A stretch of 64,000 bases of DNA from contig CAZHNI010000001.1 of the NCBI GenBank assembly GCA_964533715.1, positions 5,514 to 69,513 on the forward strand, given 5' to 3'. Positions 58,934 to 64,000 of this stretch are shown piece by piece. A program made the position numbers and the translations under genes. This stretch comes from an uncultured Gammaproteobacteria bacterium. GTDB lineage: Bacteria > Patescibacteriota > Patescibacteriia > Magasanikbacterales > GWA2-37-8. The notes below the pieces were generated by a model. It was not told the origin of the DNA. It made no database searches and saw only the letters and a program-made list of their open reading frames with translations. The stretch's first letter is position 1. Every line of letters starts with the position of its first letter.

Positions 58934-59945
58934 ATGTATGCGATACTTTCGTTCTTCACAAAGCTTTCGCAGTTATGAGCCGCGTGAAGGCTGGCTAAAG
59001 CGTTGGAAAAAGAGACGTGCACAGCGAAAATTTAAGCCCGTTTCTTTATTACCAATTCACGACTGGGGGCGCAACCCTTTTGTGAGAGAAAATAACCATA
59101 ATGGTTATTCGATACGTTTTCGTGTTCTAATTTTCTTATGTATTGTTATTAGTTGGGTAGGATTAGTTTTATTTTTACCATTCTTTAAAATCACTCAAAT
59201 TCGTTATTCGGGTCTAAAGATAATTCAACAAAATGAACTCGAAGCCGCGGTTCGAGAAAATTTTTTTACACCTCGTTTATTTATCCCTCGCGACAATTAT
59301 TTTTTAGTAAATCCAACAAAAATTGAAGCATTTTTGAAACAAAGGTACGCAGTTCGTTCAATTCATATCCAGAAAATTTTTCCGCACACTTTACAAATAA
59401 ATATTGAAGAGAGTTCGGCTACGCTGATATACGATAATGGCTCAAACTATTTTTTACTCGATGAATTTGGAACCGCTATTAAATCCCTGGGCCAAACAAG
59501 CGACAACACCTTACCCCAGCCTATTTCTGCTACCTCTATCACCAGTACCTTTTTTGTTAATTCCACAGCTAGCACAACCAATCACGCCCCAGATTTCCGC
59601 AAACTAATAAAAGAATATGGTGGTTTGTATCCAATTGTATTTGATAAACGCAAGTTAGTAATAAACGAAAAACAAACGGGGATTCTGAAACCGGATTTTA
59701 TTTCTGCGTTAATCACGCTTTCCGATCAGATTAAAAAACAAAAAATTGTGAGCATGGTTTATTACTTTACCATGGATAACCCCGAGAGTGGGGTAGGGGT
59801 GATTTCTAACCAACCCTGGCGAATTGATATTCGGCCACTTGGTGACTTAAATACGCAACTGGAAAATTTTCGGTATATTTTAAAATCAAACCATCCAACA
59901 GAATACGTTGACGTCCGTTTTGGAGACCGTGTGTACTGGAAATAG
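58926..59945 (+). CDS. ftsQ: FtsQ/DivIB-like cell division protein (TM helix plus POTRA domain)
   Basis: Single TM helix VLIFLCIVISWVGLVLFLPFF followed by a POTRA-like block (ITQIRYSGLKIIQQNELEAAV...IHIQKIFPHTLQINIEE). Confidence 0.45.
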   Translation: MFKCMRYFRSSQSFRSYEPREGWLKRWKKRRAQRKFKPVSLLPIHDWGRNPFVRENNHNGYSIRFRVLIFLCIVISWVGLVLFLPFFKITQIRYSGLKIIQQNELEAAVRENFFTPRLFIPRDNYFLVNPTKIEAFLKQRYAVRSIHIQKIFPHTLQINIEESSATLIYDNGSNYFLLDEFGTAIKSLGQTSDNTLPQPISATSITSTFFVNSTASTTNHAPDFRKLIKEYGGLYPIVFDKRKLVINEKQTGILKPDFISALITLSDQIKKQKIVSMVYYFTMDNPESGVGVISNQPWRIDIRPLGDLNTQLENFRYILKSNHPTEYVDVRFGDRVYWK

Positions 59946-60073
59946 GCGGGCCTCTTTAAAAGAGAGGGGGCCAATAGAACCAAAGGGTTCCGTGTTACTC
60001 AACGTCGTATAACATAGACAAAATGGCTAAGGTTAGTTGAAATAACGACCTAGCCAGTTATCCAAGTGACTAA

Positions 60074-60100
60074 CCAAGTTGATTAACAACTTGGTTTTTT
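60074..60100 (+). terminator. rho-independent terminator
   Basis: CCAAGTTG-attaa-CAACTTGG perfect hairpin followed by TTTTTT. It marks the boundary between the housekeeping block and the phage-like block. Confidence 0.6.
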
Positions 60101-60569
60101 GTGCTTATAAAAGGTCGAAAATATATGCACAAAATCTTCCCACATAGTATTCACTCAACTGGTAGTGTTTGCTCCATAGGCCCGGGAAGGCCTCGTGCAG
60201 AGTTTACACTACTGGTTTAGTGAATTTTTTATTATGTACGCCTTTATGAAGACCTACCGCGATTGCTTTAATTCTCATGGCATAATGTCGGGCCGAGAAA
60301 AAACTCATTACGGATTAGCAATCATGGTTACTATCCTGTTTATTTCCGCTCTTTACGGACTACGGCTCTTACAAAATTATTTAGCTTACCAAAACCTATG
60401 TCGGACACACAAACCTGCGGCCACGACGTGTCAGGTGACGATGCGCGAGTTATTGGAGATGTAGTTTGTTGCGCTGGTTGCCAAGATCGTTATTATGCCG
60501 CAAAGCAAGAAGAAGAAAATTAAAAATCCGCCTGCGTTACAGCGCGAAGCGGATTTAACCTAAAACTAT

Positions 60570-61292
60570 ATGACTACTGAATTAAGTATAGCAGACATTA
60601 AAAAAGAACTCAATGCACAGATTAAGGATCCGGAAACGCTTAAATCTTTGTTGGTTACTACCTTCAAAGGTTTAACCGCGGACACAGCCAAACAAGCCAT
60701 GTTAGAAGGGATGATGCGCGGTTTTACTTTCAAGGACTTTCTCCAGAAAAATGTTTATGCCGTGCCGTTCGGTCAATCTTACAGCCTTGTTACGTCGATT
60801 GATAATGCCAGAAGAATAGGCATGCGCAATGATGTGGTAGGCAAAACAGCCCCAATCTACGAGGAAGAGGTTATTACTACCGGCGAGAAAAAGGTAAACA
60901 AAATCGTTTCGTGCACTGTTACAGTAAAACGCAAAATTAAGGACTACATAGGTGATTTTACAGCGACGGTATTCTTTGATGAGTATAACACGGGACGCAA
61001 CCAATGGGCTTCCAAGCCGCGCACCATGATCGCTAAAGTTGCCGAGATGCACGCCCTGCGCATGGCTTGCCCGGAAGACGCCTCGCAGATGTACCTTGAG
61101 GAAGAATACGAAAAAGAAACAATCGTTGAAGAAGAGATATTTAATCTTGAGGAGCACAAATTAAAATTAGAAGCCTGTAAAAATCTTGAAGAAGTAAAAA
61201 CAGTTTGGGCCTCTTTACCGGCTAAAGCTAAAGGCGAGCTGTTTACACTCAAAGAAGAAATGAAAAAAAAATATGAAAGTCCTAAAGTTTAA
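60570..61292 (+). CDS. recT: RecT-family single-strand annealing protein
   Basis: RecT core including W..KPRTMIAKVAEMHALRMACPED, matching the RecT W-x-P-x-M-x-x-K-x-A motif. Confidence 0.65.
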   Translation: MTTELSIADIKKELNAQIKDPETLKSLLVTTFKGLTADTAKQAMLEGMMRGFTFKDFLQKNVYAVPFGQSYSLVTSIDNARRIGMRNDVVGKTAPIYEEEVITTGEKKVNKIVSCTVTVKRKIKDYIGDFTATVFFDEYNTGRNQWASKPRTMIAKVAEMHALRMACPEDASQMYLEEEYEKETIVEEEIFNLEEHKLKLEACKNLEEVKTVWASLPAKAKGELFTLKEEMKKKYESPKV

Positions 61293-61875
61293 TAACGAGG
61301 AAGCGTGGCTAGAAGCCCGCAAAACTAAAATAACCGGTTCGCGCCTCAAGGATATTGTCGTCAAACGCGGTACAGGGCAAAAAATAGGCTATTACGAGCT
61401 TATTGCCGAGCGTTTGGCGCTTCCACCTAACGGACAAGACCCAATGGACAGAGGGCACGAATTAGAGAAAGAAGCGATGGAGCGGTTTACTAAGGAAATG
61501 GGAAAAAAGGTTGATGGGAGTTTGGTAATTTGGACGCGAGAGGACAACGAAAGTATTGCAATTTCACCAGATGGTTTTATTGGTAAAACCGAGGCCGTTG
61601 AGGTGAAGTGTTTATCATCGGCCCGGCACATTGAAGCGTTTTTAACGCAACAGATACCAGACGAATATCACTTGCAAGTCATTCAATACTTCATCGTAAA
61701 CGACAAACTCAAAACTCTATATTTCTGTTTCTACGATCCGCGTTTATCGGTTAAAGATTTTTTCTATATCACAGTTGAGCGCGAACAAATTAAGGAAGAA
61801 GTTGATAATTATTTGGAGTATCAAAAAAAGATTCTGCAAGAGGTAAACGACATAGTGAACAAGTTGACGTTCTAA
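61273..61875 (+). CDS. YqaJ-like viral recombinase exonuclease (lambda Exo-like PD-(D/E)xK)
   Basis: N-terminal EAWLEARKTKITGSRLKDIV (the YqaJ QGSxEWLxxRxGxxTAS pattern) and a D...EVK catalytic core; overlaps the recT stop. Confidence 0.65.
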   Translation: MKVLKFNNEEAWLEARKTKITGSRLKDIVVKRGTGQKIGYYELIAERLALPPNGQDPMDRGHELEKEAMERFTKEMGKKVDGSLVIWTREDNESIAISPDGFIGKTEAVEVKCLSSARHIEAFLTQQIPDEYHLQVIQYFIVNDKLKTLYFCFYDPRLSVKDFFYITVEREQIKEEVDNYLEYQKKILQEVNDIVNKLTF

Positions 61876-62233
61876 TTTTCTAGCTCACTCGCGCTCCTAG
61901 TTACAAATTCTGGGGGCGCGGTGAGGCGGATAAAAACCGATTATTGTTGGTGGTGCACACACCGCGTATGGTGCTTGAATAAAGCATTGTACGAAAGGCC
62001 TGTGCCACACCAAGAGGAATAGGTTTTACCATGCTTTTTTTAACCTATGAAACGCCCAAAGTGGGAACAAAAACTCAATAATTTAGAGCAAAAATTCTTT
62101 TTGTCATCTAAGCAAAACCCACTCCCGACCGAGCGGGATATTTTGATTTTTTATTGGGAGAAATTGAAGCCATTACTGATTGAGTTTATACAGAGAAATT
62201 TTGTTTTGAGAAAGAAAATTAAAAAGTAATTAT

Positions 62234-62962
62234 ATGGCAAAAAATAGAATCGTAAATACCAAATTTTGGATGGACGATTATATTTCTAACCTTGATCCGG
62301 TTGAAAAATTGCTATTTTTGTACTTTATAACTTGTCCGGCTACGGATATTTCTGGTGTATATGAAGTTCCAATTAAAACGGTGGCGACTGATACCGGAAT
62401 TGACCACCAAACTGTTACCAGAATTATTAAGCGTTTTACCCGCGACAAGAAGATTTTTTATATCCATGGATGGGTTGGAGTGGCAAATTTTGCCAAACAC
62501 CAACTTAATAATCCAAAAGTACAGGCAGGTATTAAAAATGGCTTATCTAAGGCACCAAAAGAGATTTTAGATAGACTATCATTGTCTATGGATAGTCTAT
62601 TGCACACAGACACAGACACAGACACAGACACAGACACAGACATTGAGAGAGAGCGACCACAAGCACTTGAAAAACAAATCGAACCATTTTCCGGCCAATA
62701 CGCACCCTCAATGATCGCCAAATTCATTCTTCACTGGTCGGAACAAGACAAACGCGGTCGGGAGCGCTGGCAGAAAGAAAAAACGTGGGAAATTGGTAAG
62801 CGTCTGGCGCGCTGGAAATTACAGGATGAAGAATGGAGTCATCAGCGCGATGCGCGGCAAGAGTTAAAAAAGGTCGAAGAGATGCCAACCCACCGAGAAC
62901 CGGTAGCAGAGAGAACAGACACAGGATTTTCAAAACCAGATTTTAGTAGGTTTCAAAAATAA
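62234..62962 (+). CDS. phage replisome-organizer-like protein (N-terminal winged-helix domain) with internal (TD)7 repeat
   Basis: N-terminus NTKFWMDDYISNLDPVEKLLFLYFI resembles the phage replication-organizer N-terminal family; weak call. Confidence 0.4.
   Translation: MAKNRIVNTKFWMDDYISNLDPVEKLLFLYFITCPATDISGVYEVPIKTVATDTGIDHQTVTRIIKRFTRDKKIFYIHGWVGVANFAKHQLNNPKVQAGIKNGLSKAPKEILDRLSLSMDSLLHTDTDTDTDTDTDIERERPQALEKQIEPFSGQYAPSMIAKFILHWSEQDKRGRERWQKEKTWEIGKRLARWKLQDEEWSHQRDARQELKKVEEMPTHREPVAERTDTGFSKPDFSRFQK
62604..62643. repeat. (ACAGAC)n hexanucleotide microsatellite inside the replisome-organizer-like gene
   Basis: CACAGACACAGACACAGACACAGACACAGACACAGACA encodes TDTDTDTDTDTDTD. Confidence 0.8.
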
Positions 62963-62963
62963 T

Positions 62964-63317
62964 ATGACCAACAAATTTCAAATTGCCTCCACGATTGAAT
63001 CAATCGCCACTCGTTCTGATAACACGATTAAAGTTGTTCTCGGTACTCAAGAGCTTGAACCCGACCAAGCAACCGCGTTATTTGCCCTAAAAGGCAAATT
63101 AGGCTGGTTTCTTTTCTCGGAAACAACATTGAATGAAGCTGACATACCAAAAGAGCCTATAAACGAATTTAAACGCGATAAAAGCCCATCACAGAGGTTA
63201 AGGGATTGCTTGTATGTGTGGTGGTCTAAAAATACTAACAAAAATAAACCGTTTGATGACGTATGGAAAGAGTGGTGTAACCGAAAATGCGAGGAAATTA
63301 AGGAGACATTAAATTAG
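62964..63317 (+). CDS. hypothetical phage-region protein
   Basis: ORF only. Confidence 0.3.
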   Translation: MTNKFQIASTIESIATRSDNTIKVVLGTQELEPDQATALFALKGKLGWFLFSETTLNEADIPKEPINEFKRDKSPSQRLRDCLYVWWSKNTNKNKPFDDVWKEWCNRKCEEIKETLN

Positions 63318-63318
63318 T

Positions 63319-63684
63319 ATGAAAATTAAAATTTGGCCTGCCGATAAAATTTTTAGTCAAATTATTAGAAAAAGAGATAAAAAATGCGTGAGGTGTCAAT
63401 CTAAAGTTGAATTTAATTCTTCTGGTGAACCGATCAGTCATCAGTGTAGCCATTATTGGGGACGGGGAAACTGGGGGACACGATATGACCCCGAAAATTG
63501 TGACACCCTGTGTATGCCCTGTCATCGGATCTGGGGTGGCGATGACCGGCGAGTGTATGAAAATTTTAAACGCAAGCAACTAGGTGAACGTGGTTATAAT
63601 CTTTTGGAGATGAGAAAAAACGCTTATGCGAAAAGGGATTATAAATTAGCATTGATTTATGTTAAAGAGCTTTTGAAAAAATAA
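63319..63684 (+). CDS. Cys/His zinc-finger phage protein (NinG/Rap-like, HNH-like His-Me finger)
   Basis: CVRC...HQCSHYWGRGNWGTRYDPENCDTLCMPCH pattern. Confidence 0.4.
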   Translation: MKIKIWPADKIFSQIIRKRDKKCVRCQSKVEFNSSGEPISHQCSHYWGRGNWGTRYDPENCDTLCMPCHRIWGGDDRRVYENFKRKQLGERGYNLLEMRKNAYAKRDYKLALIYVKELLKK

Positions 63685-63688
63685 ATAT

Positions 63689-63937
63689 ATGCCCTCAGGC
63701 TATATTGAAAAACCAACACAAGAAAAACGAGTATTAGAAATTTTACGTGCCGCTCACGGGCAACCGGTAGACGGAATGGTTTTTTATAACCTAGAGCGGC
63801 CAATCACGCAGTACCATGCCAGAATATGGAGCTTGCAGAAAAAGGGTTTTAAAATTGAGCCGGTTGAGTTGGAAGGCAAAAATTGGAAGGCGTACAAACT
63901 GATTGAGGAACCAGTACAAACAAAATTGTTTAATTAA
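63689..63937 (+). CDS. hypothetical small phage-region protein
   Basis: ORF only. Confidence 0.25.
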   Translation: MPSGYIEKPTQEKRVLEILRAAHGQPVDGMVFYNLERPITQYHARIWSLQKKGFKIEPVELEGKNWKAYKLIEEPVQTKLFN

Positions 63938-64000
63938 CCCTTAATTAGATTGAGGTATGGAGAAAATAATTTTAGATTTGTGTGGCGGTACAGGGTCGTG

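Larger units (their letters stand above)
60100..64000 (+). mobile_element. phage-derived recombination/replication module (partial prophage or remnant; no integrase in this window)
   Basis: Co-oriented RecT, YqaJ exonuclease, replisome-organizer-like protein, NinG-like Zn-finger protein and small ORFs, the typical early region of temperate phages. Continues past the window end. Confidence 0.55.

Noticed and set aside
60140-60200. Possible SRP (4.5S) RNA or other small ncRNA (GGCCCGGGAAGGCC...) between ftsQ-like and the phage module
   Set aside because: Only a loose resemblance to the SRP domain IV CCGGAAGG motif. No convincing helix 8 tetraloop structure could be drawn by eye.

Overview
This 64-kb window is AT-rich (about 38-40% GC) and almost entirely + strand housekeeping genes. 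Its gene content fits a small-genome, Patescibacteria/CPR-like bacterium: orphan pilT, archaeal-type ProRS, eukaryote-like GSII, a lysine-rich RpoD tail, and mreBCD-PBP2. I cannot prove the lineage from the sequence alone.

Gene content, in order:
- 1-4 kb: tRNA-Pro, pilT, CCA-adding enzyme.
- 3.6-8.9 kb: an AbrB-like regulator followed by a MacAB-like efflux pump (HlyD adaptor, ABC ATPase, two FtsX-like permeases).
- 9-15.4 kb: dnaG, rpoD, murG, a DedA protein and two GT2 glycosyltransferases.
- 15.6 kb: tRNA-Lys.
- 16-19.3 kb: a Mur-ligase-family protein, an FtsB-like protein and a parvulin-type peptidyl-prolyl isomerase.
- 19.4 kb: tRNA-Gly.
- 19.9-21.6 kb: a 1.7-kb high-GC island encoding a secreted, Cys-rich, metzincin-like protease.
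- 21.9-32.2 kb: GS type II, a lipoprotein, a PAP2 phosphatase, proS, a nucleotidyltransferase, a DEDDy exonuclease, iscS, rsmI, metG, cvpA and tatD.
- 32.2-40 kb: a complete F-type ATP synthase operon (atpI-like, B, E, F, H, A, G, D, C). It is interrupted by a small ORF and a four-helix-bundle gene.
- 40-43.4 kb: an MsbA-like exporter and rlmN.
- 44.4-47.8 kb: a 1.1-kb-codon UvrD-like helicase fused to a Cas4/AddB-like nuclease.
- 47.8-56.5 kb: a DciA-like protein, mreBCD-PBP2, greA, lysS, a cytidylyltransferase and a Ham1-NUDIX fusion.
- 56.5-60 kb: serS, alr and an FtsQ-like protein.
- 60.1-64 kb: a phage-derived recombination and replication module (RecT, YqaJ exonuclease, replisome-organizer-like protein, NinG-like protein).

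The most striking feature is a family of about 80-140 bp palindromic MITE-like elements. Their terminal inverted repeats are close to TGTCATTCYGAGCG...CGCTCRGAATGACA. I count at least 13 copies between 26 and 47 kb. Most lie inside coding sequences with the reading frame kept open, which resembles the Rickettsia palindromic element (RPE) situation. Host genes are atpG, rlmN, tatD, a nucleotidyltransferase, and the helicase, which alone carries four copies of this family plus one related GC-rich palindrome. Further copies sit in atp-operon intergenic spacers and flank a promoter upstream of rlmN.

Other observations of note: the horizontally acquired high-GC island beside tRNA-Gly, a 19-bp duplication of the tRNA-Lys 3' end, a recurring TTGAC-N17-TATACT promoter consensus, and several rho-independent terminators.
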